A stretch of DNA of 54,760 nt from positions 1-54,760 of the forward strand of contig JBBRLJ010000035.1 of assembly GCA_038231435.1 (NCBI GenBank). The letters are read 5' to 3'. The first letter of the stretch is position 1, and the number at the start of each line of letters is the position of its first letter. Below are positions 39,814 to 50,714 of the stretch, in pieces. The DNA is from Planctomycetota bacterium. GTDB taxonomy: Bacteria; Planctomycetota; UBA11346. The notes below the pieces were generated by a model, which was given only the letters and a program-made list of their open reading frames with translations, was not told the DNA's origin and made no database searches. The translations under genes were made by a program, and so were the position numbers.

Positions 39814-40131
39814 CTATCTGACTGCGACCACGGCCGCGTCCATGGTGCGGTTCAGATCGAACAAGCGATCGAGCTTCAGCACCCGGAAGATGGATTTGAC
39901 CCGGTCCTTGAGCTCGGCGATCGCCAGTTTGCCGCCGGCCCCTACTACTTTGTTGCGCAGGCTGATGATCGCCGCGATGTTGACCGAGTTGAGGAACACC
40001 ACTTGGCTCATGTCGAGAACGCAGCCCTTCTTCCCGCCCTCGATGAACGGTTCGATGGTCTTCCAGAGGGTCGAGCACTGGTCCTCGACGACGGTGACGA
40101 TCACCGCCCCCTCACGTTCCTGCACCTGCAT
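39814..40131 (-). CDS. STAS-domain anti-sigma factor antagonist
   Basis: VLDMSQV.FLNS.NIAAII, GGKLAI, IFRVLKLDRLF; 105 aa from ATG 40131. Confidence 0.88.
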   Translation of the reverse strand: MQVQEREGAVIVTVVEDQCSTLWKTIEPFIEGGKKGCVLDMSQVVFLNSVNIAAIISLRNKVVGAGGKLAIAELKDRVKSIFRVLKLDRLFDLNRTMDAAVVAVR

Positions 40132-40183
40132 GACTTGATGTACCACGGCGAGCAGCGAGCGTCCACCGATGAGCGTGCATAGA

Positions 40184-40226
40184 TTAGAGCATTGACTGAT
40201 GTTAACGATTGTTATCTTTAGAGCAT
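40184..40226. promoter_or_regulatory. AT-rich divergent promoter region with direct repeat and FNR/CRP-like near-palindrome
   Basis: TTAGAGCAT at 40184 and 40218; TTGAC-tgat-GTTAA at 40192-40205; TTGACT-N15-TATCTT ending 6 nt before ATG 40225. Confidence 0.45.
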
Positions 40227-43200
40227 GACCGCCTCCGAGCTCCAGCCCGATGGACTGAGATCGCATCTGGTAGCCTGCGCCGTGGGCGCCGGCCTCGACA
40301 ACCTGTTCAGGCAGGTGGTCATGGTTGCGCTCGCCGCAGCCGCCCTCCATTCGACGCACGATCACGCCCAGGCTCAGATCACCGCTCAGGCCTATGTGAA
40401 TTGGGCGATGGTCCTGGTCACTGTACCTTTCATCGCTCTGTCGCCGTTGGCGGGCAGTCTCGGCGACCGCTACCCGAAACAGCGCATCATCCAGGCCGCG
40501 CGCATCGCCGACCTTCCGGTGTGCGCGTTCGGGGTCTGGGGGTTCGCCAGCGGGAGCGTCCCGCTGATGCTGGCCTCGCTTGCTGGATTGGCGATCGCGA
40601 GCTCGTTCTTCGCGCCAGTGAAGCTCGCGGTCGTCCCGGAGCTGGTGCCGATGCGCCGCCTTGCACCGGCCAATTCACTCCTCGCCGCCGTCACGGTCTG
40701 CGCGATCCTCTTCGGCACCTGCCTGTCGGCACTTACCGATGCGGGCAAGATCACAGCAGCCGCCCACTGGTGGTCTCCCGTCGACATGCCCGCTGCGATC
40801 GAGCGCTATTATCCCGCCATCATCCTCGCGGTGGTGAGCGCGTTGTGCTGCGCCATCGGCATCATCTCGGCCTTCAGACTGCCGCGGCTGCCCGCGCAGT
40901 CCCCGGAGCGCAAGCTCGCGCCGCCGTGGGCAGTGGTCGAACAGATCAACACCCTCTCCTCGGCTCCCGGGCTGTGGGCCCCGGCCATCAGCTTGGCCGG
41001 TTTCTGGGGCGTCGGCACCGCCGTGCTGGTCGGCCTGGTCCCGCTCGCCACCGACATCTACGGCTATGGACAGGCAGGCATCGCGGGGTTGTTCTTCATC
41101 CTGGTGATCGGCGTCATCACCGGATCGGTGACGGCGCCGCGCCTGATCGCGCGCGCCTTCCAGGCCGGCCTGCCCATCGTGGGTGCGTTCGTCGCCGGCG
41201 CCGCATTCGTGATGATCGGACTCCACGCCCATGCCGACAGCCTGATCGATGCGAAGGAGCGCAACGCCTACACGGTCGCGATCTGGCTGTTCACCTGCGG
41301 CGTCGGCGCAGGGTGGTGGGAGGTGCCACTGGTGATCCTCCTGCAGGAGCGGGCTCCCGCCGAACGCCGTAACCTGATCATGGCCGGCGTGAGCGCGCTG
41401 GGATCTCTCGGTCAGATCGCATCCGTGGCGCTGATCGCCACCTTCTCCTTCATCTTCTCCAAGATCCCCTGGTGCGTGGCCTGGGGGGCCCCGACCACGC
41501 AGTGCTTCATCGCCATCGGCGCCCTGACCGTGGTCGCAGCCATCGGCTTCGCGATCGTGTACCGCCTCCAGCTCACCGCGTGGATCATGGCCAGCCTGGT
41601 GAAGCGCATCTGGCGGGTGCGCGTGCTCGGCACCGAGAACGTCCCCGCCACCGGCGGCTGCCTGGTGATCTGCAACCATCTGAGCTTCGCCGATGGCGTG
41701 GTGATGGCCTCGAGCCTGCCCCGTCCGGGGCGCTTTCTGGTCTACCGCGCGTACGTCGAGATGCCGGTGATCGGTTTCCTGCTGCGCGCCGCAGGCGTGA
41801 TCCCGGTGGCAGGCGAGGACAAGCGCAAGGCGCTGCTGGCCTCGATCGATGCCGCCATAGAAGCGGCGAAGTCCGGCGAGTGCGTGGTGATCTTCCCCGA
41901 GGGCAAGCTCACCCGCACCGGCCACACCGATGCCTTCCGCTCGGGCATGGAGCGCATCGCCGGACGCGCGGGCGTGCCGGTGGTGCCGGCTTTCCTCCAC
42001 GGCCTGTGGGGCGGCCCGTTCAGCCGTGCCCCGCGCAAGGATTGGCCGCGCCTGTTCAGGCGCCTCGAATTGCGCATCGGACCGCCGCTTGCCCCCGCCA
42101 CCACCGCGCCCGAGGCTCGGGCCCACGTCATGAGCCTGAGCTACGAACATGCGCAAGAACGCTCCGACCGCGACCGGCGGACGCTCGGGTCCGCGTTCTT
42201 GTCGCGCGCGAAACGCCATCCGTTCACCGAGGCCGTGCGCGATGCGAGCGGAGCCCTGAGCCATTGGAAGCTCGCCGCGCTCGCGCGCGCGCTCTTCCCC
42301 CTGCTCGGCATCGCGCGCGACGAGCGGACCGTGGGCATCGTCCTGCCGCCCGGCCGGGCAGGGACCATCGTCAATGCGGCGCTGGCCATCGCCGGCCGCA
42401 CCGCGGTGAACCTCAACCACACCGCGGGCGAGGCCCAGCTCGCGCGCATGTGCGAGCTCGCCGGTGTCCGCACCATCGTCTCGAGCAAGCTCTACCTGCG
42501 CCGCATCGGCGATCCAAAGCTGGTGGGGCGCGTGGTCACCGTCGAGGAGCTGCTGCCGAATCTCGGCCGCGCGAACCTGCTGCTCGCCGCGGCGACGAAC
42601 ATGATCCTGCCGTCGCGCTGGTCGGCGCGCGGTAACGCCGACGATTCCGCGGCGATCATCTTCTCGAGCGGATCCACGGGGGATCCGAAGGGCATCGAGC
42701 TCAGCCATCGCCAGATCATCGCCAACTGCCGCGCGGTCGCAGATGGCCTCGATCTGCACCTGGGGCGCGACGTGCTGCTGAGCCCCCTGCCGCTGTTCCA
42801 CAGCTTCGGGCTGGTGCCCGGCATGTGGCTGGGCCTGGTCGAGGGGCTGGCGGTCGCGGCGCAGCCCGATCCGACCGATGGCAAAGCGCTCGGAGAGCTC
42901 GCTGCCGCGGCGAAGGCCACCTTCCTGATCAGCACGCCCACCTTCGTGCGCGGCTACCTGCGCCGCATCGAGCCCGAGCAGTTCAAGCACCTGCGCTTCG
43001 CTGTGGTCGGTGCCGAACGCTGCCCCGCCGATCTGAAGGCGCAGTTCAAGGAGCGCTTCAAGGCCGACCTGCTCGAAGGATACGGTTGCACCGAGCTCGC
43101 GCCGACGGTGGCGGTGAACCTGCCGGACGTGGCGCGCGACGGCGTCAAGGAAGCGCGCAGCAAGGATGGCACGGTCGGTCGCCCCCTGCCCGGCATCCAC

Positions 43201-43734
43201 ACCTTCGCGATGGATCCCGCCACGCGTGCACCGCTGGCACCTGGGTCGGAGGGTCTGCTGGTGGTGCGCAGCGCCAGCCGCATGAAGGGCTACCTCGGCA
43301 GGCCCGACCTGACCGAGGCGGCGTTCGTCCACGGCGGTTACATCACCGGCGATATCGGCAAGGTCGACGACGACGGCTTCGTCTCGATCACCGGCAGGCT
43401 CGCGCGCTTCGCCAAGATCGGCGGCGAGATGGTGCCGCTCGACAATGTCGAGTCAGCGCTGCAGACCGCGGTCGGCGAGGCCTGCGAGTTGGCGGTAGCG
43501 GCGGTGCCCGACGAGGGCCGCGGCGAACGGCTGGTGGTATTGCACACGCCGTTTCCGGGCGATTGGGAGGCGGCGCTGAAGACTCTCGAGGCGCTGCCGG
43601 CGCTGTGGCGGCCGAAACCGCGCGACCTGCGCCCGGTGGAATCGATCCCGAAGCTGGGCACCGGCAAGCGCGATCTGGCGGCGATCAAGCGCCAGGCGGC
43701 CGCGCTCCTTGAGAAGAAATCCGCGACGCCCTGA
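40225..43734 (+). CDS. aas: MFS (LplT-like) / acyltransferase / acyl-ACP synthetase trifunctional fusion
   Basis: LDNLFR MFS start, about 12 TMs, NHLSFAD and IFPEG (PlsC-type), FSSGSTGDPKG, EGYGCTE, YITGD, RFAKIGGEMVP, PKLGTGK. Confidence 0.9.
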   Translation: MTASELQPDGLRSHLVACAVGAGLDNLFRQVVMVALAAAALHSTHDHAQAQITAQAYVNWAMVLVTVPFIALSPLAGSLGDRYPKQRIIQAARIADLPVCAFGVWGFASGSVPLMLASLAGLAIASSFFAPVKLAVVPELVPMRRLAPANSLLAAVTVCAILFGTCLSALTDAGKITAAAHWWSPVDMPAAIERYYPAIILAVVSALCCAIGIISAFRLPRLPAQSPERKLAPPWAVVEQINTLSSAPGLWAPAISLAGFWGVGTAVLVGLVPLATDIYGYGQAGIAGLFFILVIGVITGSVTAPRLIARAFQAGLPIVGAFVAGAAFVMIGLHAHADSLIDAKERNAYTVAIWLFTCGVGAGWWEVPLVILLQERAPAERRNLIMAGVSALGSLGQIASVALIATFSFIFSKIPWCVAWGAPTTQCFIAIGALTVVAAIGFAIVYRLQLTAWIMASLVKRIWRVRVLGTENVPATGGCLVICNHLSFADGVVMASSLPRPGRFLVYRAYVEMPVIGFLLRAAGVIPVAGEDKRKALLASIDAAIEAAKSGECVVIFPEGKLTRTGHTDAFRSGMERIAGRAGVPVVPAFLHGLWGGPFSRAPRKDWPRLFRRLELRIGPPLAPATTAPEARAHVMSLSYEHAQERSDRDRRTLGSAFLSRAKRHPFTEAVRDASGALSHWKLAALARALFPLLGIARDERTVGIVLPPGRAGTIVNAALAIAGRTAVNLNHTAGEAQLARMCELAGVRTIVSSKLYLRRIGDPKLVGRVVTVEELLPNLGRANLLLAAATNMILPSRWSARGNADDSAAIIFSSGSTGDPKGIELSHRQIIANCRAVADGLDLHLGRDVLLSPLPLFHSFGLVPGMWLGLVEGLAVAAQPDPTDGKALGELAAAAKATFLISTPTFVRGYLRRIEPEQFKHLRFAVVGAERCPADLKAQFKERFKADLLEGYGCTELAPTVAVNLPDVARDGVKEARSKDGTVGRPLPGIHTFAMDPATRAPLAPGSEGLLVVRSASRMKGYLGRPDLTEAAFVHGGYITGDIGKVDDDGFVSITGRLARFAKIGGEMVPLDNVESALQTAVGEACELAVAAVPDEGRGERLVVLHTPFPGDWEAALKTLEALPALWRPKPRDLRPVESIPKLGTGKRDLAAIKRQAAALLEKKSATP

Positions 43735-43806
43735 GCGCGGCGGCCGCAAGGCCGAGCTGGCGGTGGGCGCGCTTTGCCCTCGCGGCGGATCGCATACCCT
43801 GCGGCC

Positions 43807-45114
43807 ATGCCGGCCACCGTCGAATCCGATGTCCTGGTGGTCGGCGGTGGGCCGGCCGGTTCGACCGCCGCGTGCGTGCTCGCCCAGAAGGGCCGCCGCG
43901 TGGTGGTGCTCGAGCGCGAGCAGGGGCCGCGCTACCATATCGGCGAATCGCTGATCCCCTTCTGCCACTACCCGCTCGAGCGCATCGGCTTCCTCGACAA
44001 GATGAAGCGCTCGCACTTCCCGAAGAAGTACAGCGTGGTGTTCGTCGGCACGAGCGGCAAGCCCTCGCGACCGTTCTACTTCTTCCAGTACCTCTACGAC
44101 CAGGCCGCCGTCGCCTGGCAGGTGCTGCGCTCCGAGTTCGACCAGATGCTGCTCGACCATGCGCGCGAATCCGGCGCCGACGTGCGCGCGGGCACGCGCG
44201 TCACGGAACTGATCCTCGAGGGTGATGCAGTGCGCGGCGCGCGTGCGATCGGAGCAGATGGCCAGGCGCGCGAATACCGCGCCCCGGTGACCATCGACGC
44301 CAGCGGGCGCGATGGCCTGGCCATGACTCAGTTCGGATGGCGGGTGAAGGACGAAGGCCTGGACCGCTTCGCGGTGTGGAGCTACTTCCAGGACCACCTG
44401 CTCGACTCCGGTATCGACGCCGGTGCCACCATCGTCGCCTCGGTGCCCGAGGGCGGCTGGTTCTGGTGGATCCCGCTGCCCAACCGCGTGGTCAGCGTCG
44501 GCGTGGTGGCGCGCAAGGAATACCTGTTCTCGCCATCAGGCACCAAGGACCCAGCCGAGGTCTTCGTGCGAGAAGTCGCGCACAATCCCTGGATCGCTCG
44601 GCACCTCGCGCCATCCAAACGGGTGGAACCATTCCGAGTGATGAACGAATATTCGTACCGCTCGCGCCACGGCGCGCGCGCCGGTCTGCTGCTCGCCGGC
44701 GACGCGTTCGGATTCCTCGATCCGCTGTTCTCGTCAGGCGTGTTCCTGGCGCTGTGCGGCGGAGAACGCGCCGGGCACGCCGCCGACGCCGCCCTGCGCG
44801 CGGGCGACGTCTCTGCGGAGCGCTTCATGGCCCATGGCGCCGAACTCGCGGCGGGCATCGAGCACATCCGCCGCCTGGTGTACGCATACTACGACACCGA
44901 CTTCAGCTTCAGCCGGGTGATGGCGCGCGATCCATACGCCCGCGCCGACATCTCGGATCTGCTCAATGGCAACTTCTTCCGCGGCTACGAGGAGTTCTAT
45001 AAGCTGGTGAGGGATTTTGCGCGCCTGCCCCCAACCCTCACCGACGGCGCCGCGTTCCGGCCCGCGCACGCGTCGGCTGACGGCCGGGATAGAGGCGCGC
45101 ATGGCGCTCATTGA
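43807..45114 (+). CDS. Flavin-dependent halogenase family protein
   Basis: GGGPAG, PRYHIGESL, FPKKY (catalytic Lys position), IDASGR, WFWWIP (WxWxIP), GDA.GF.DPLFSSGV. Confidence 0.82.
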   Translation: MPATVESDVLVVGGGPAGSTAACVLAQKGRRVVVLEREQGPRYHIGESLIPFCHYPLERIGFLDKMKRSHFPKKYSVVFVGTSGKPSRPFYFFQYLYDQAAVAWQVLRSEFDQMLLDHARESGADVRAGTRVTELILEGDAVRGARAIGADGQAREYRAPVTIDASGRDGLAMTQFGWRVKDEGLDRFAVWSYFQDHLLDSGIDAGATIVASVPEGGWFWWIPLPNRVVSVGVVARKEYLFSPSGTKDPAEVFVREVAHNPWIARHLAPSKRVEPFRVMNEYSYRSRHGARAGLLLAGDAFGFLDPLFSSGVFLALCGGERAGHAADAALRAGDVSAERFMAHGAELAAGIEHIRRLVYAYYDTDFSFSRVMARDPYARADISDLLNGNFFRGYEEFYKLVRDFARLPPTLTDGAAFRPAHASADGRDRGAHGAH

Positions 45115-45712
45115 CGTCTACGACCATTTCTTCCGCGAGCCGGGGCGGCTGACCGGATCCGACGCAGACGAATGCCAGCTGCGCTTCGATCTGTTGCGCA
45201 GCCGCATCGAGGCGCGGCTCGTGGGCGGATTGGGCTGGGACGAGCACTCGCTCGCCGTCCCAGTGATGGCGGCCTATCTGGAGCGGGCCATCGGACTGTA
45301 CGTGCTCGGCTACTTCGAGTCCTGCATCGTCGAGCTGCACGCCCGCGTCGAGAGCCTGCTGCGAACGCTCGCCGTGTCGCGCGCGGACCTCGAGGCACTG
45401 CTGCGATCACCGGCTGCCGCACCGCTTTCGACCGTGGACCCCGCGCTGATGCGCGCGCTGGGCCAGCTCGCCGGCAAACGCCGCGACCTCGCCGTCCGCG
45501 ACGACGAATTCGCCCACTCCATCCTGATCGATTCCCCCGCCCGCGGCCTCGCCTCGCGCGGCCGCGGCGCGGTCATCGCCGAATCCCCGACCAGTCAACG
45601 CCTGCGCTGGGGCTCCGACCTCCCCGATATCCTCGCCCTCTCGATCTGGGCCATCTGCCTGCTGATCGAGGCGTCCAGGACGGACAAAGACACGAAGACG
45701 TTTGAAGCCTGA
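45101..45712 (+). CDS. Hypothetical protein, HEPN-like helical fold
   Basis: Starts within the 3' end of the halogenase (AGAGG RBS); YLERAIGLY..GYFESCIV...ESLLR and R-x5-H (RDDEFAH). Confidence 0.6.
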   Translation: MALIDVYDHFFREPGRLTGSDADECQLRFDLLRSRIEARLVGGLGWDEHSLAVPVMAAYLERAIGLYVLGYFESCIVELHARVESLLRTLAVSRADLEALLRSPAAAPLSTVDPALMRALGQLAGKRRDLAVRDDEFAHSILIDSPARGLASRGRGAVIAESPTSQRLRWGSDLPDILALSIWAICLLIEASRTDKDTKTFEA

Positions 45713-45804
45713 GCCCTTGGAGTACGAGACTGCTAGAAGCACGAGGCTTGAGTCGCGAAGCCAAGACGCGTCAGCGTCCCAGCCCCAATTTCTCCCTGCC
45801 TCTT

Positions 45805-45938
45805 GGGGGGCAACGCGGAGCGCGATGTTGGGGGGATCGCGAAGCGATCTCGGATGCCCTTTGGGGCATCCGCCGGCCGAAGGCCGTAGCCCCCAACTGA
45901 CAGTAGATGTTGGGGGGCCGTAGCCCCCCAACAGAAAG
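45805..45938 (+). repeat. Composite palindromic repeat (two copies of the second module family, the first with inserted hairpins)
   Basis: GATGTTGGGGGG[ATCGC-GAA-GCGAT..CGGATGCCC-ttt-GGGGCATCCG..GGCCGAA]GGCCGTAGCCCCCAACTGA, then GATGTTGGGGGGCCGTAGCCCCCCAACAGAAAG. Confidence 0.85.
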
Positions 45939-47954
<2,016 letters not shown>

Positions 47955-48246
47955 GAACGATCCTTACTGGCGATGTTCCGCGTGGCCACGGAAACACGAA
48001 CGGAAAATTGGCTCGTAGGTTACCAGCCACGCGGGCTGGACCCTGACGCTTACAGACCGTCATGAGAGCGTCGCTCTGCCACCAAGCGACAAAAGAACGG
48101 CATGGAGCAGCACTGCGGCCGCCGCATGGTGGAACGGATGGATGAACCAGGAGCGCCTTCGTACACAACCCGTCGTAACCCGTTCCATGGTAAGTATCCA
48201 CGACGGATTTGCCAGGTCTCTCTCATCCAGCGCCCTGTCAGCGCGT

Positions 48247-49392
48247 TCAGCGTCTGCGACGGGCCGGACGACGGCCGCTGCTGCCGGCCTTCGAGGGGCC
48301 CGGTGGCCGCGTCTCGGTGGTCGTGGGAGCATCGTAGGTGGCGTCTCCGTCCAGATCCTCGGTGCCCACGCCATCGAGCGTAACGAAGGCGCGCTCCTGG
48401 TGGGCCCTGGTCTCGGGACGTAGCGCCGGCGGCGGCATGAGTATCGACTCGGCGTCTGGCCCCAGGTTGAGCGCCTTGCGCAGGGCCGCGATCTCGGTGT
48501 CGAGCATCAGCACCCGTTCACGCTGCGAGCGCCATTTGTCGACGATCGAGCCGGAGAGGTCGTTCGGCTCGACGGTGATCGACTGTCCGCCCAGCACGGC
48601 GCCGATCTTCTCTTCGGGCAGGCCGAAACTGCCGCCCGAGCCGAGACTGAGGCGGCCGGCCTCGACCAGCAGCGCGTGGCGCTCGCGCTCGAGCTGCTCG
48701 AGGCGTTGGCGCTCCGCGCGGCCCCCTCCGAGCAGGTTGGAGACCTTGCGCATGATGCCGTTGCCACCGCTCTCGGAAGGCTCGACCACCGACAGGCGGG
48801 ATGCGCTGATGCGCTTGGCATGGCGGTCGTCGGGAGCCGGGGTCCGTATCTTGGGCACGGGATCCGGCAGCGCGACCACGTCGACCTCGTCGGTGGTGAT
48901 CTCGCTCTGCGCGGGCCGTGGCGCGGCGCGCGGCGCGGCTTTCGGACGAGGCAGGTGCTCGGGCTTGACCCCCTTCACCAGACAGCGCTTGCAGATGCGG
49001 CGATCGCCGTCGCTCCAGCCCTGACCCGGGACGAAGATCCCGTCGCACACCGAGCACACCGGTGCCGCCGGCGCGTCGTCGTGCGCGGCGAGCCCTTCGA
49101 GCTGTTGCGTCGACAGGCCGTCGGCGCCGTCGTCGATCATGCGGAAGGTATTCTTGCCGATCACCACCTCATCGCCGTGCTGCACGGCGCAGCGCGTCTT
49201 CGGCTGGCCGTTCACGTGGCACGGCAGTTCGGAATGATTGGTGATCACGCACTGTCCGCCGATCAGCGATACCGCGACGTGGCCCACGTCGCGGTCGTGC
49301 TTGCGGATCTTGAAGGTGAGGGGCTTGCCCTCGACAACGGCCACGCGCTTGCCTTTCGGCGCGCCGGCCACGCATTCCATCACCATCGGCAT
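48247..49392 (-). CDS. Degenerate FHA domain plus Cys4 zinc ribbon plus coiled-coil protein
   Basis: VNG...HGDEVVIG FHA C-terminal half; CSVC-x17-CKRC; helical C-terminus. Confidence 0.7.
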   Translation of the reverse strand: MPMVMECVAGAPKGKRVAVVEGKPLTFKIRKHDRDVGHVAVSLIGGQCVITNHSELPCHVNGQPKTRCAVQHGDEVVIGKNTFRMIDDGADGLSTQQLEGLAAHDDAPAAPVCSVCDGIFVPGQGWSDGDRRICKRCLVKGVKPEHLPRPKAAPRAAPRPAQSEITTDEVDVVALPDPVPKIRTPAPDDRHAKRISASRLSVVEPSESGGNGIMRKVSNLLGGGRAERQRLEQLERERHALLVEAGRLSLGSGGSFGLPEEKIGAVLGGQSITVEPNDLSGSIVDKWRSQRERVLMLDTEIAALRKALNLGPDAESILMPPPALRPETRAHQERAFVTLDGVGTEDLDGDATYDAPTTTETRPPGPSKAGSSGRRPARRRR

Positions 49393-49516
49393 GATGCCCT
49401 CATGCTAGGCCGCACACCCTTCGCGGAAGCATCATCTCCACGTCCTACACCGCCGGTCCGTGGCGCACCCCTGGCGATGGATCTGGCGGGTCGATGACGG
49501 AACGCATACTCGGGAC

Positions 49517-50332
49517 GTGCCCGAACTCCCCGAAGTCGAAACCGTGCGGGCCGGGCTCGAGCGGCTGATCGGACGCAGGGCGGTGATCACGCGCATCGAG
49601 CTGATGCGCGCCGACCTGCGGGTGCGCATCCCCCCGGCGCTCGAGCACCGCTTCACCGGCCAGCGAATCACCGGAATCCGCCGGCGCGCCAAGTACCTGC
49701 TGATCGACACTCCCGCCGCCACCCTGCTCTGCCACTTCGGCATGACCGGCACCTGGCGCCTGGCGCCGGCGGGTGACGAGCGCCCCCACGACCACTGCTA
49801 TGTGCATCTCGCTGACGGGCGGCGCCTGGCCTTCCGCGATCCCCGCCGTTTCGGCATGCTCGGCTTGATCGAGCCGGGGGCGTCCCATCCGAGTCTCGCG
49901 GGACTGGGGCCCGAGCCGTTGGACACCGTCGCTTTCGACGCGGCCTACCTCGCCAACGCCTGCCGGGGCCGGAAGGTCGCGATCAAAGCGCTGATCATGG
50001 ATCAACGCGTGGTGGTCGGCGTCGGCAACATCTATGCGCAAGAGGCGCTGTTCCGTTCGGGCATCCGTCCCTCCCGACGCGCCGGCACCGTGACCAGGGC
50101 GAGGCTGGCGAGGTTGGTCGACGAGATCCGTGCGGTGCTGCGCGAGGCGATCGCGGCCGGCGGCTCGACCATCAGCGACTTCCGCCAGGCCGGCGGCGAT
50201 GGCGGCTACTTCCAGCACCGCTTCCAGGTCTACGACCGCCAGGGCCAACCGTGCGCGCGCTGCAAGACGCCGCTCAAAGGCGGGGTGGTCGGCGGGCGTG
50301 GCACAACCTGGTGCCGCGTCTGTCAGCTTTAG
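49517..50332 (+). CDS. mutM: Formamidopyrimidine-DNA glycosylase
   Basis: PELPEVE after GTG 49517, RRAKYL, HFGMTG, DPRRFG, GVGNIY, C-terminal zinc finger. Confidence 0.97.
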   Translation: MPELPEVETVRAGLERLIGRRAVITRIELMRADLRVRIPPALEHRFTGQRITGIRRRAKYLLIDTPAATLLCHFGMTGTWRLAPAGDERPHDHCYVHLADGRRLAFRDPRRFGMLGLIEPGASHPSLAGLGPEPLDTVAFDAAYLANACRGRKVAIKALIMDQRVVVGVGNIYAQEALFRSGIRPSRRAGTVTRARLARLVDEIRAVLREAIAAGGSTISDFRQAGGDGGYFQHRFQVYDRQGQPCARCKTPLKGGVVGGRGTTWCRVCQL

Positions 50333-50335
50333 CAT

Positions 50336-50714
50336 TCAGTGGCTCCGCCCCTACGGCCCTGCGGGCCTACCCCACGGGCTTTGTCGGGGCTCGATGTCTC
50401 CGCTACGCTGCGACATCGTCGGTGGATCGGCTACGCCGATTATATCCGCCGACCGCCCCTCGGCGCCCGCCCCATCGCGGAGCGATGGGGCCCCCAGGGA
50501 TCACGTGCTTTCCCCCGGCGGCGTAGCCGCCGGGGTCCTGGACGTCAGGGGTTTGGGGGCGAAGCCCCCAGTCAAGCCGGAGCGAAGCGACCGGCCGCCG
50601 AGCCCCGGTTTGCGTGAACAATGGGCGCAGCCCATCACGCAAACTTTTTGAGAGCGCAGCGAGCAAAAAGAGGGGCGACAAAGGCCGTGGGGGTTTGGGG
50701 GCGGAGCCCCCGAC
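50336..50714. repeat. Large composite REP/BIME-like hairpin cluster between convergent mutM and aroDE
   Basis: Inverted A (50336-50393) and B (50392-50470) modules, then at least 6 further hairpins with GCGNAGC loops. Confidence 0.88.

Noticed and set aside
40675..43332. 885-aa antisense ORF and many other long overlapping ORFs (for example 23401-25017, 52924-54486, 8360-9874, 2376-4127)
   Set aside because: Shadow frames of well-supported genes, expected from high-GC codon bias; no recognisable motifs.
40225..43734. MFS-acyltransferase-synthetase triple fusion as a novelty by itself
   Set aside because: A known architecture in several bacterial phyla; only its neighbourhood is of interest.
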